NCBI GenBank assembly: GCA_963816135.1
Contig: CAWFJD010000017.1
Coordinates: forward strand, 1,128,128 to 1,192,127
Source: an uncultured Chloroflexia bacterium
GTDB taxonomy: Bacteria; Chloroflexota; Limnocylindria; Limnocylindrales; CSP1-4
Length of the DNA: 64,000 nt
Direction of reading: 5' to 3'
A model generated the notes under the pieces. The model did not search any database. It was not told where the DNA came from and worked only from the letters and a program-made list of their open reading frames with translations. Shown one piece after another: positions 1 through 8,936 of the stretch (its first letter is position 1; the number at the start of each line of letters is the position of its first letter). The translations under genes and the position numbers were made by a program.

Positions 1-35
1 AAGGAGCTCGAATCACAGCCAGGGGGCTCGGAGAA

Positions 36-1406
36 ATGAGCACGCGGCGGCTGGGCGAGGACGAGATCGAACGGCGCCTTCGGTCGCTGAGCGCCAACCT
101 GGATCCGATGACGCCGCGCGACATCTACACCTACATACGCGCATTGCCGGACGAGCATCCCATCCGCGGTCGCGGTTGGGCAAATCCGATGCGTGCGGCC
201 CTCGGGCGACCCGCCACGGTGGCGGCCGCCTTTGCCTCGCTGGCCCTGACAGCGTTCATCGTCCTGAGCCTCGTGCTCTGGTCAGGCCACTCCGCCCCGC
301 CGGCCGGGCCGGCGACGCCTTCAGCTCCGGCTTCGGCTTCGGCTTCGGCCTCGGCCGAACCGTCGAACACCGCCCCGGCGCCGGCCACACCTGGAAACCA
401 CTTCACTCCGACGGGAGCGATGCCCGAATACCGGCTTGGCTACACGGCCACGCTGCTCAACGATGGCCGCGTTCTGATCGCCGGCGGTTTCGCCGACGGA
501 CCGGATCTGACCCTCGCCGAGTTGTACGATCCCGCGACCGGCACCTTCAGCCCGACCGGCTCGATGACCATCGGCCGTGAGTACCCCACTGCCACCCTGT
601 TGAAGGATGGCCGCGTGCTCATCGTTGGCGGTGGCGGTCCCATCGACACCGCGGAGCTGTACGACCCTGCCACGGGGAAGTTCAGCCGGACAGGCTCGCC
701 GATCGAGGGGCGCCAATTCCACTCGGCCACCTTGTTGAAGGACGGCCGCGTGCTCATCGTTGGCGGTGGCGAGACCAAAACGGCGGAGCTGTACGACCCG
801 GTGACGGGCAAGTTCAGCCCAACCGGATCCATGAAGAGCGTTCGCTACTTCCATACAGCAACTCTGCTCTCGGACGGCCGCGTGCTCGTTGCCGGCGGGC
901 GGACGGTCGGCACGGGCGCCGCCCCGGAGGACGATGTGGCATCTGCCGAGGTATACGATCCGGCGACCGGGAAGTTCAGCCCCACCGGGTCGATGTCGCG
1001 GCCACTGGAGGGTGACACTGCCACGCTCCTCCCCGACGGCCGCGTACTGGTCGCGGGCGGAGACCCCCTGCAGCAAGCCACTACCGGCGTCGACGGAGAA
1101 ACGTCCAGGTCGGCGGAGCTCTACGACCCGGCGACCGGGAAGTTCAGCCCGACCGGATCGATGATCACGGGCCGCACGAACCACACCGCCACGTTGCTGA
1201 AGAGTGGCAGAGTGCTCATCGCGGGGGGCCAGACCGACGCGGCGGAGTCGTACGACCCGGCGACTGGCACCTTCAGCCAGATCGGGAAGCTCACGAAGGA
1301 GGCCGACGCCGTGTCCGCCACCCTGCTGGCTGACGGCCGAGTCCTCTTCCTCGGCAGCGACACCTGGGCCTCGGGGCCACCTTCAGCCGAGCTGTACATG
1401 CCGTAG
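36..1406 (+). CDS. Membrane-anchored Kelch-repeat (beta-propeller) protein
   Basis: 456-aa ORF. N-terminal hydrophobic segment (VAAAFASLALTAFIVLSLVLW) and Ala/Ser/Pro linker. Eight tandem ~50-aa units of the form TATLL.DGRVL..GG....AELYDP.TG.FS.TGSM, typical of Kelch/galactose-oxidase-type propeller blades. Confidence 0.75.
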   Translation: MSTRRLGEDEIERRLRSLSANLDPMTPRDIYTYIRALPDEHPIRGRGWANPMRAALGRPATVAAAFASLALTAFIVLSLVLWSGHSAPPAGPATPSAPASASASASAEPSNTAPAPATPGNHFTPTGAMPEYRLGYTATLLNDGRVLIAGGFADGPDLTLAELYDPATGTFSPTGSMTIGREYPTATLLKDGRVLIVGGGGPIDTAELYDPATGKFSRTGSPIEGRQFHSATLLKDGRVLIVGGGETKTAELYDPVTGKFSPTGSMKSVRYFHTATLLSDGRVLVAGGRTVGTGAAPEDDVASAEVYDPATGKFSPTGSMSRPLEGDTATLLPDGRVLVAGGDPLQQATTGVDGETSRSAELYDPATGKFSPTGSMITGRTNHTATLLKSGRVLIAGGQTDAAESYDPATGTFSQIGKLTKEADAVSATLLADGRVLFLGSDTWASGPPSAELYMP

Positions 1407-1497
1407 GACGGGCATCGGTCCTCGAGGCCGAGGATCGCCACCACCGGCGCCGAACCACAGCGAACACACTGGGATTCTGGGGTTGAGGACCGTTGCG

Positions 1498-1515
1498 TGG
1501 CACAAGTACTTGTGC
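1498..1515. promoter_or_regulatory. 18-bp perfect palindrome GGCACAAGTACTTGTGCC, candidate operator upstream of the LLM oxidoreductase gene
   Basis: Read directly from the sequence. It is exactly self-complementary with no spacer and lies 40 bp upstream of the start at 1555 in the 148-bp gap after the Kelch gene. Confidence 0.4.
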
Positions 1516-1554
1516 CCCCGCCCCGGCAACGACCACCGTCCGTACGATCGCTGA

Positions 1555-2577
1555 ATGAAGAAGATCGGGTTCCTCTCGTTCGGGCATTGGTCCGCATCAC
1601 CCCATTCGGAGGTGCGTTCCGCGTCGGACGCGCTGATCCAGTCGATCGAACTTGCCGAGGCGGTCGAGGAGATCGGCGGCGACGGCGCCTACTTCCGGGT
1701 CCACCACTTCGCCCAGCAGCTGGCGTCGCCGTTCCCGCTGCTGGCGGCGATCGGCGCCCGAACCAAGCGCATCGAGATCGGGACGGCGGTCATCGACATG
1801 CGCTACGAGAACCCGCTGTACATGGTCGAGGACGCCGGGGCCGCCGACCTTATTGCCGGCGGTCGCCTGCAGCTCGGGATCAGTCGCGGGTCGCCCGAGC
1901 AGGTCATCGACGGCTTCCGGTACTTCGGCCATTTGCCGCCGGAGGGCGCGACCGACGCAGACATGGCCCGCCAGCACACGGAGGTCTTCCTCCAGGCACT
2001 GAGCGGCGCCGGATTCGCCCAACCCAGCCCTTCCCCGATGTTCCCGAACCCGCCCGGGTTGCTTCGCCCGGAACCGCACTCACCCGGGCTGCGAGACCGA
2101 ATCTGGTGGGGTGCGGGAACCCGCGCCACGGCCGAATGGACGGCGCGGCAGGGCATGAACCTGATGTCGTCGACGCTGCTGACCGAGGACGCCGGCGTGC
2201 CGTTCCACGCGCTCCAGGCGGAGCAGATCCGTCTCTTCCGTGAGGCTTGGGCCGCCGCCGGGCACACGCGCGAGCCGCGGGTGTCGGTCAGTCGCAGCAT
2301 CTTCGCGCTCGTGGACGATCGCGATCGGGCGTACTTCGGGCGCGGCAATCAGGAGTCGGATCAGGTCGGCTACCTGGACGCCCAGACCAGGGCGATCTTC
2401 GGCCGGTCCTACGCCGCGGAGCCGGACGTCCTCGTGAAGGAGCTCGCCGGCGACACGGCGATCCAGGCGGCGGACACGCTCCTGCTCACCGTCCCGAACC
2501 AGCTCGGCGTCGAGTACAACGCCCACGCGATCGAGAGCATTCTGAAGTTCGTGGCGCCGGAGCTTGGCTGGCGGTGA
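1555..2577 (+). CDS. LLM-class (luciferase-like) flavin-dependent oxidoreductase
   Basis: 340-aa product MKKIGFLSFGHW...; TIM-barrel luciferase-like monooxygenase family signature over the full length. AAGG-like region precedes the ATG. Confidence 0.8.
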   Translation: MKKIGFLSFGHWSASPHSEVRSASDALIQSIELAEAVEEIGGDGAYFRVHHFAQQLASPFPLLAAIGARTKRIEIGTAVIDMRYENPLYMVEDAGAADLIAGGRLQLGISRGSPEQVIDGFRYFGHLPPEGATDADMARQHTEVFLQALSGAGFAQPSPSPMFPNPPGLLRPEPHSPGLRDRIWWGAGTRATAEWTARQGMNLMSSTLLTEDAGVPFHALQAEQIRLFREAWAAAGHTREPRVSVSRSIFALVDDRDRAYFGRGNQESDQVGYLDAQTRAIFGRSYAAEPDVLVKELAGDTAIQAADTLLLTVPNQLGVEYNAHAIESILKFVAPELGWR

Positions 2578-2768
2578 GCTGGACCGAGGCGCTTGTGACG
2601 CCCTCGCAGGCCCGGACTGGAGCCATTCGCTCGACGTAGTCCACGCCCTGTGTTCACGGGTGGCCCTGTCCAGGAGCCCGGCAGAGGTCCCGCCTGGCCC
2701 TGCGTCCCGGACATCATCACCAGGCGCCGCGGCCGCTCGTCGTTGCTGACGCCGATGGAGGGCAGGCA

Positions 2769-4058
2769 ATGGGGATGGCGAAGAGACCGACGGCGGTCCT
2801 AATGTTCGTGATGTGCGTGGTTCCGGCGGCCTGCGGGGCGCCGGCCCCGACCATGCCGTCCGCGGCAACGCCAATCGCAACCAAGAGCGATTCACCCAGG
2901 CCGTCGGTCGCGCCAACTGCGGCCGGTCCATCACCCAGCCACGCCCTGCCGGCTCCGGCTAGTGCCACGCCATCCCTTCCGGGCATATCGCCCGCTGCCG
3001 GATGTGCTGCGTCCGAGCTGGTCGGATTTCGCCTCGTCTCGCAGGGGTGTATGCCAACAAGCGGAGGCTTCGCGGATGCGGTGCCGCTTATGGACTCCCC
3101 TAGAGAGCTCCTGTTGTTTGAGGCGGGCGAAACCGGGCAGGTGCAGTCTCTGGATCCTACCAATGGGGTCATTTCCGCGCCGCTGGAGCTGCCGACGTCT
3201 CCGGCATACTTGCGGTGGACGCTGCTGCCCCACGATCGGGTGCTCTTCGTAGGTGACGCCAGCCATCGGGGCGCCTGGGTTCTGGATACCCAGACGTGGT
3301 CAATCAGCGCAACGGGGTCGACGCACTACCCCGTATCTCAATTCACGTTGACGACGTTGGGCGACGGGCGCGTCCTCTTGACCGGGGGCATCCGCGACGC
3401 TGTGTCGGCACAAACCACCTACACAGCGGAAATCTGGGCTCCGGGCACAGGTCGCTTCACGCTTACCCGACACGGAATGATGTCCGCACGCTGGAATGAC
3501 TCCACCGCCGTCCTCAGGGACGGCCGGGTGCTGGTCATGGGAGGGCTGTACTGGGAGGACTCAGGTGCCACCACCCTCGGATCGGCGGAAATCTACGACC
3601 CCACCACGGGTTTGTTCACACGGACCGGTTCGATGACCCCCAGGGTGGGAGCCCTTGCGGTGACGCTGTCCACAGGTAAGGTCTTTGTGGCCGGCGGTGC
3701 TAACGGCGACTGCGCCAGGCAGTCGTCAGCGTGCACGACGCGCTCCGTTGACGGCGGCAGCCTTTTCGATCCAAAGACCGGCAAGTTCACGACGCCGGAT
3801 TGGATGCCCGCCCATGTGGCCGTTGACCGTGCGGAGCAGCTTGCGGACGGTCGCCTGTTCCTGTGCTTTGCCTCGGACGCGGATACATCCGCACCGAGCC
3901 GAATCGGTTACTACGATCCTGTCTCGGACACCCTCGAGTCCACGGACGATCCAGTCGACGGCGAAACGTACGGTTTGGCCGATGGAAGCATCTTCGTCGT
4001 GGCTCCGGGGCAAGACCGCATAGGCGGCACGTGGTCGAACTGGACGCCGACGCAGTGA
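2769..4058 (+). CDS. Kelch-repeat lipoprotein
   Basis: N-terminus MGMAKRPTAVLMFVMCVVPAACG has a signal peptide plus lipobox Cys, followed by a Pro/Ala/Ser linker. Repeats LTTLGDGRVLLTGG, VLRDGRVLVMGG and LADGRLFL with AEIYDP.TG.F motifs indicate a Kelch propeller. Confidence 0.7.
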   Translation: MGMAKRPTAVLMFVMCVVPAACGAPAPTMPSAATPIATKSDSPRPSVAPTAAGPSPSHALPAPASATPSLPGISPAAGCAASELVGFRLVSQGCMPTSGGFADAVPLMDSPRELLLFEAGETGQVQSLDPTNGVISAPLELPTSPAYLRWTLLPHDRVLFVGDASHRGAWVLDTQTWSISATGSTHYPVSQFTLTTLGDGRVLLTGGIRDAVSAQTTYTAEIWAPGTGRFTLTRHGMMSARWNDSTAVLRDGRVLVMGGLYWEDSGATTLGSAEIYDPTTGLFTRTGSMTPRVGALAVTLSTGKVFVAGGANGDCARQSSACTTRSVDGGSLFDPKTGKFTTPDWMPAHVAVDRAEQLADGRLFLCFASDADTSAPSRIGYYDPVSDTLESTDDPVDGETYGLADGSIFVVAPGQDRIGGTWSNWTPTQ

Positions 4059-4101
4059 CCCGACCCCAATGGCCACTCAGTCGGCCGGACTCGAAGGGAA
4101 C

Positions 4102-4177
4102 TGGAGCGGGAGACGGGTCTCGAACCCGCGACATTCAGCTTGGAAGGCTGACGCTCTACCGACTGAGCTACTCCCGC
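4102..4177 (-). tRNA. tRNA-Gly (anticodon UCC)
   Basis: The minus-strand read GCGGGAGTAGCTCAGTCGGTAGAGCGTCAGCCTTCCAAGCTGAATGTCGCGGGTTCGAGACCCGTCTCCCGCTCCA folds as a cloverleaf. It has a 7-bp acceptor stem, a D-arm GCTCAGTCGGTAGAGC, anticodon loop CTTCCAA (anticodon TCC), T-loop TTCGAGA, and a 3' CCA. Confidence 0.85.
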
Positions 4178-4451
4178 TCGTTTGCCTTGGATTATTAGGC
4201 AACACGTGCAACTGGCCTAATGAACCGCGGCTCCTGCCTGGTGCCAGGCGCTGTGGGAGCGCTGTCATGGTTAGCACCACGCTCCCAGAGCGTATAACTG
4301 TAGCCGATTCCGAGCATTTCACGCTCAGCGCACAGCGTCTAATTACACGCTGTCCGCTCTAAGGCGTCGAGGCCGAGGACGAAGGTGGGTGTGTGGAATG
4401 GTGGGTTGGCACCACCCCAGGTGACGCGGAAGGACACACGCCGCGCTGCCG

Positions 4452-4964
4452 CTAGACCGTCGGGAACTCCGCTCCCCCTGTCTCGAAGTGCCAGCGAATG
4501 AGTGCGAATCCATACTTGACAGCGGCTTCGACCTTCTCGCGAGGGATCTCGCCATTTGGGTCGATGAAGGGCATGAAGCCCGCTGCTCGGGGGTTGACGG
4601 CGACCATCCGGCCTACGAGCCGCCGAACCTCATCGACGTCCCGGACGAACTCGGGTCGCAACTGCACATCTCGCCCCCGCAGTCGGACGCGTATCGCCCC
4701 ATCCTCCCGAAGGTTCAGCTTCCACTTCCCGCCGCCAGGGGTGAGCAATGTGTCACCGTCCTGGGTGTAGCTCACCGGCTGCCGGTACAACTTGCCGGTC
4801 TTTCGGCCGCGGAACCTGAGGAGCATCAGCGTATTGCTGAGCGGCGTCGCGAACGGAAGTCCAAGAATGAGCCGCATCGGTACGTTCACCGCAGCCATGA
4901 TCCGGGCTCGCCGCGCCATCCCGCCGGGCCGCACCACGGGTTCTGGGGATCCGAGGGTCGTCAT
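4452..4964 (-). CDS. Deazaflavin (F420H2)-dependent nitroreductase family protein (DDN/DUF385, PNPOx-like fold)
   Basis: 170 aa. The motif LLRFRGRKTGKLYRQPVSYTQDGDTLLT is characteristic of DDN-family split-barrel proteins. Confidence 0.7.
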   Translation of the reverse strand: MTTLGSPEPVVRPGGMARRARIMAAVNVPMRLILGLPFATPLSNTLMLLRFRGRKTGKLYRQPVSYTQDGDTLLTPGGGKWKLNLREDGAIRVRLRGRDVQLRPEFVRDVDEVRRLVGRMVAVNPRAAGFMPFIDPNGEIPREKVEAAVKYGFALIRWHFETGGAEFPTV

Positions 4965-5473
4965 CGCGGATCGCTCCTAACGCCGGCTCGATCGGGGCCT
5001 GCGGACGCACGAGCACGGCTCACCGAGACGATTACCTCGGGTTGCCGCTGGGCCGGCGCCTCCGAGCCGGCCGGACCGCGCAGCGGCTGCTCACGGAGGA
5101 GTAGCGCCGTCACCAAGGCCAGGGCAGCGATCGGAGCTGCAACAAGGAATACCGTGTCGGCGGAACGCACGACGGCGCTGACGAGTCCATCGCGGATTGT
5201 CGGCGGTAACGACCGGATGGCGGCTGGGCTCATCTCGAGGACGCTCGGGTCGAGCTTCCTGCACGTCCCACCCGGCACGAGCTCCGGGATCCAGCGCGCA
5301 AGCTGGCTAGAGAACACCGCTCCATAGAGAGCCACGCCAAGGGTTCCGCCGAGGGCCCTGAAGAAGTTGGCGACGGCGGTCGCTGTGCCGAGGAGTCGAC
5401 GATCGACGGCGTTCTGGAGGGCGACCTGTGGGCGGCCGAGGGCTTCTCTCTGAACCGACGCCTCGACAATCAT
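4961..5473 (-). pseudogene. MFS (DHA2-like) transporter C-terminal fragment with no N-terminal half (gene remnant)
   Basis: From ATG 5473 the product (IVEASVQREALGRPQVALQNAVDRRLLGTATAVANFFRALGGTLGVALYGAVFSS...) matches the last two to three TM helices and cytoplasmic tail of 14-TM MFS exporters. Upstream in-frame sequence is low-complexity, and the CPBP gene stop sits at 5487. The ~330 residues that would normally precede this piece are absent. Confidence 0.5.
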
Positions 5474-5486
5474 CGAACGACCTCCA

Positions 5487-6305
5487 TCAATGCCACCCTG
5501 CCAGCACGTACACGGCGGTGAATAGGACGGTGTTGTGGGCGATGTGGAAGACAATGCCGGGCAGGGTCGAACCCGTCCGCTCGCGAACCCAACCAAGCCC
5601 GAGACCGAGGCCGAAGCCCAGCGGCATAAGGATCGGCAGGATGTGGATGCCGCCAAACAGGGCCGCCGTAGTGAGGATCGTCGGCCAGGCGCCATATCGG
5701 CTCCTGAACCAGCCGAAGAGGGCGCCGCGGAACAGGAGCTCCTCCCCAATCGGGGCAAGAAGGCAGGCGCGGGCTAGGCTCAAGCTGGTCGTAAATGGAT
5801 CGAGTGAGCCCAAGCGGCCGCCGTCGGAGCCGAGCCAGGCGAGCGCGTCAACGAGGACTCCAAACGCGCCAATCGCCGTGTAGACGAGCGCGACGGCTCC
5901 CCAACAGAGCACGCCAGTCGCGACCGCGAGGGCCACATCATTGACCGAGGCGAATCGGATTTGGAGGATGTCCCGAAAGCCACCACTGCGGCCCAGGAAC
6001 AGGTACAGCGATGCAATCAGGAGCGCGTAGACCTCGAACACGCTGATTGCAGTGATCGCCTTAGTGAGTCCTGCGGAAGCCGGCGCGACCGCGCTCGCGG
6101 CAGCGAAGGTTGCAGCGCCGACGACCGCAGAAGTTCCGACCCAGACGACCAGCGCGCCGGCCAGGCGAGCGCCTGGCACGGCACCAATCGACGTTGACGA
6201 CATCACACGCGAGCCTCCGCCTGGCAATCCGACCGCGCCGGGGCTCTCGGACTTGTTACCGAGCACCGCCGCGTCGTTCGTCTGAGTTGTTCTCATGGCG
6301 CCCAC
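5487..6305 (-). CDS. CPBP-family intramembrane metalloprotease (CAAX protease / Abi family)
   Basis: Multi-TM protein with the conserved EELLFRG motif and a FHIAHN-type second motif (IVFHIAHNTVLF). Confidence 0.7.
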   Translation of the reverse strand: MGAMRTTQTNDAAVLGNKSESPGAVGLPGGGSRVMSSTSIGAVPGARLAGALVVWVGTSAVVGAATFAAASAVAPASAGLTKAITAISVFEVYALLIASLYLFLGRSGGFRDILQIRFASVNDVALAVATGVLCWGAVALVYTAIGAFGVLVDALAWLGSDGGRLGSLDPFTTSLSLARACLLAPIGEELLFRGALFGWFRSRYGAWPTILTTAALFGGIHILPILMPLGFGLGLGLGWVRERTGSTLPGIVFHIAHNTVLFTAVYVLAGWH

Positions 6306-6380
6306 AGCCGCCCTCTACCGGCCCGCCGGCGGATTGGGCAAGCTCCTTCGCTGGCCGAGGCCGCTCGATTCCGGGCATCC

Positions 6381-7262
6381 CTACAACTCAGCCACTACGG
6401 GGATGACTTCGCGGCCCATGATCTCGAGCGGCGTGATCCGGTCGACGTTCACTACCCAGCCAAAGACGGTTTGGATCCCCATCCCGCTGAGCCAGCGCAG
6501 ACGCCCAATCAGTTCGCCGACCTTCTCGCCGTCTTCGCCAACATCGAAGCCGAAGGGGGCCGTCTTCTCGATAGCGTGGTAGTCGCGCCGTTCCACCTCG
6601 CAGAGTCGACGGAGCAGCTCGAGCTGGCGCGGGATCTCCGGCGATGGGCGCAGGTTGCAGGCGTCGGCGTAACGCGCCACTAGAGGCAATGTCCGACGTT
6701 CACCCGATCCCGCGATGAGGATCGGCGGATGCGGCCGGCTCAAGCTTTGAGGCGCGTTGAGCGGGTGCGGCATTCGGACATGCTCGCCGAGAAACGGACT
6801 CTCGTCTCCACGCTCACCGTCCCACATCCGAAGGCAGGCCTGCACGGTCTCATCGAGCAAGTCGAAGCGTGTACCGAGCTCCGGGAATGGCAATCCGAGC
6901 CCCTCCGCCTCCTCGGCGTAGTCACCGGCGCCGATCCCGAGCATCGCCCGACCGCCAGACAACACGTCCAGCGTCGTTACCATCTTGGCGAGCAGGCCGG
7001 CGGGTCGATAGGGGACTGCCGTGGCCAGTGCCAGGAGCCGAACACGGTTCGTCCGAGCGGCGATGAAGCCGAGAGTCGTGTATGCCTCGATCTGGCTTTC
7101 GGTCGGCCCGCCCATCAGCGGGTGCTGCCAGACATGGTCGGCCACGTCGATGGCATCGAAGCCCGCTGCCTCGGCCGCCTCGACGATAGCTGCAAGAGTG
7201 GAACCAAGCCTCGAAGGGCCGCCCTCCCACGACGTGGCGGGGATGTGCAGACCGAGTCTCAT
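6381..7262 (-). CDS. LLM-class F420-dependent oxidoreductase
   Basis: 293 aa, luciferase-like TIM-barrel family throughout (MRLGLHIPATSWEGG...GFDAIDVADH...). Its start overlaps the stop of the downstream membrane ORF by ATGA. Confidence 0.8.
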   Translation of the reverse strand: MRLGLHIPATSWEGGPSRLGSTLAAIVEAAEAAGFDAIDVADHVWQHPLMGGPTESQIEAYTTLGFIAARTNRVRLLALATAVPYRPAGLLAKMVTTLDVLSGGRAMLGIGAGDYAEEAEGLGLPFPELGTRFDLLDETVQACLRMWDGERGDESPFLGEHVRMPHPLNAPQSLSRPHPPILIAGSGERRTLPLVARYADACNLRPSPEIPRQLELLRRLCEVERRDYHAIEKTAPFGFDVGEDGEKVGELIGRLRWLSGMGIQTVFGWVVNVDRITPLEIMGREVIPVVAEL

Positions 7263-7862
7263 GATGCCTTCGCCTCCGCGCCGGCGGTCGCGCCTTCACG
7301 CGAGCGACCTGACAGGATTCGACCGGCGACGAAGCCCGTCGCTGCCGCAAAGCCGAGCACGACCAGCGACGGCACGAAGTCCGGCTTGAGCGTCATAAGC
7401 CAAACGATCCCCAACGCGATTCCGACCCGCATGGCATAGAACACAGCGAGCGACCTGTCTCGAACGATGTGCAGGGTCTGCTCATTCAGAAGTCCCTGCG
7501 CCTGGCCTAGTGCTTTGCCGGCCACGGCCATTCGGCTCAGGTTGATCGCCGCGCCGAGGATCGCGATGACAACGAAACCGACGAAGGCTCGCGCCGATCC
7601 ACCCACCCGGACTATCGACATTCGCGGCAAGGTAGATGCCTGGGAGCAGGATCAAGCCCAGCGACGCCGGCCCGAGCATCCGCGTCGGCCGCATCAGGCC
7701 AAGCCAGGCCGCCCTTCGGCGCCGGAGGTCGCGCGACGAATGCCCCAAACGGCGACGCCCTCAATTGCCAACGCAGCGAACATCGCGAGCGCCCCAGTGA
7801 TGTGAAGGAATAGCGCGAGGTTGTAGGCCGAGGCAGCGTCCATGTTCTTGCCCTGAGCGGAT
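7259..7862 (-). CDS. Small integral membrane protein (about 4 TM) interrupted by two apparent 1-nt frameshifts
   Basis: Three consecutive minus-strand frames each give plausible TM segments. They read MDAASAYNLALFLHITGALAMFAALAIEGVAVWGIRRA, then LGPASLGLILLPGIYLAANV, then VGFVVIAILGAAINLSRMAVAG...LGIVWLMTLKPDFVPSLVVLGFAAATGFVAG. No single frame is open across all three. Confidence 0.35.
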
Positions 7863-7966
7863 CTAGGTCGGTCAGGCTATTACACTACTTGGAGCACTGC
7901 AATAGTCGTATCACTCCTATGGTGGCACCAGTTGAAAGACCTGGCTCGTTCCGCTAGACTGCGCCA

Positions 7967-8416
7967 GTGGCCGATCCTTCCAAGCAGAGAACCGAGCTTG
8001 CCGCCGCGATATGGCGACGGATCTTCGACTTCATCGTTGCCACCTCACCCCAGCGCATCGACCTACTCGCCAGCAAAGGACTCACCCCCAATGACAGCCG
8101 GGCGCTCCAGAGCCTGAGCGAGGACCCGGCCGGGCGTCCGATGAGATCGCTGGCCTCAGAGTGGCAGTGCGACGCTTCGACGGCGACCTTTATCGTCGAT
8201 CGGCTGGAGGCCAAGGGCCTGGCCGAGCGGCGACCGCACCCGACGGACCGGCGGGTGAAGCTCGCTGCTCTAACCGAACGCGGAGCCGAGACTCAAGCCG
8301 CCCTCGTCGCCGGCACGTACACCCCACCCCCGGAGCTGCTCGAGTTATCTGACGAAGCTCTCGTGACGCTCTTGCGAGGCGTCGAGCTGCTGCCCAATCT
8401 CGGGGGGACGAGATAA
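7967..8416 (+). CDS. MarR-family transcriptional regulator
   Basis: 149 aa with a winged-helix core (LTPNDSRALQSL...SLASEWQCDASTATFIVDRLEAKGLAERRPHPTDRRVKLAALTERG) typical of MarR. Confidence 0.85.
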   Translation: MADPSKQRTELAAAIWRRIFDFIVATSPQRIDLLASKGLTPNDSRALQSLSEDPAGRPMRSLASEWQCDASTATFIVDRLEAKGLAERRPHPTDRRVKLAALTERGAETQAALVAGTYTPPPELLELSDEALVTLLRGVELLPNLGGTR

Positions 8417-8519
8417 TCCGTAGCCGTCTCCGGATGCTCCAGCTCTGACGCAGGTGTCGATGGCCGCTCTCGTGGCGACAGGAGTGGGCGTATTTTTCGA
8501 CGCGCTGTATGCCTGCTTG

Positions 8520-8849
8520 CTCGGGCTCGGCCCACCGGCCCGACACCCCGTAGTAGTCGGTCATCCCGATGCCCGCCTGTCGCTCCACGACGGCGAACTC
8601 GCCGGTCGCCACGAACTGGTCGGCGAGGCCTGCAAGAGCTGCCGCCTCCGCGTAGCGCTGCCGGTAGGCGGCGAGCACCCGCAGCGCGTCTTCCTCAGAT
8701 TTCCCGCTCCTGTCCCAGCCGGGCCAGTCGAACGCGGCCGCCACGGTCCGCTTCTTCTTGCCGAACTCGACCATCACGCGGATTGAGTTGTCCATCACCC
8801 AACCTCTGCGAAAGATCTCAAGTTGCTCATCATCCCACGGCCCGACCAT
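8520..8849 (-). pseudogene. Truncated paralog of the conserved hypothetical gene at 16007..16702 (N-terminal ~110 aa only)
   Basis: The minus-frame product VMVEFGKKKRTVAAAFDWPGWDRSGKSEEDALRVLAAYRQRYAEAAALAGLADQFVATGEFAVVERQAGIGMTDYYGVSGRWAEPE aligns with residues 5-110 of the 16007 protein (VRVLAESGKKKVVAVAFDWPGWERTGPSEDEARKALEGYRSRYASVAALAGLAAEFAEAGDLRIVERVEG...). Homology then stops, and the reading frame runs into and overlaps the intact MarR gene. Confidence 0.45.
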
Positions 8850-8936
8850 TCCACCCCGCTGTGGACCGGGTGCACGCTGAGATGGACGGTCGCCTTAGGT
8901 ATTCCCGGGATGTCGATGCGCCGAGCTGCGTCGACG

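Noticed and set aside
4180-4440. Possible second tRNA or small RNA in the low-GC spacer next to tRNA-Gly
   Set aside because: Hairpins are present, but I could not fold a cloverleaf or match a T-loop/anticodon arrangement on either strand. It is left as unexplained spacer.
8190-8849. 219-aa ORF as an intact gene
   Set aside because: Only the first ~110 codons are protein-like (the paralog fragment). The remainder overlaps the intact MarR gene on the opposite strand.
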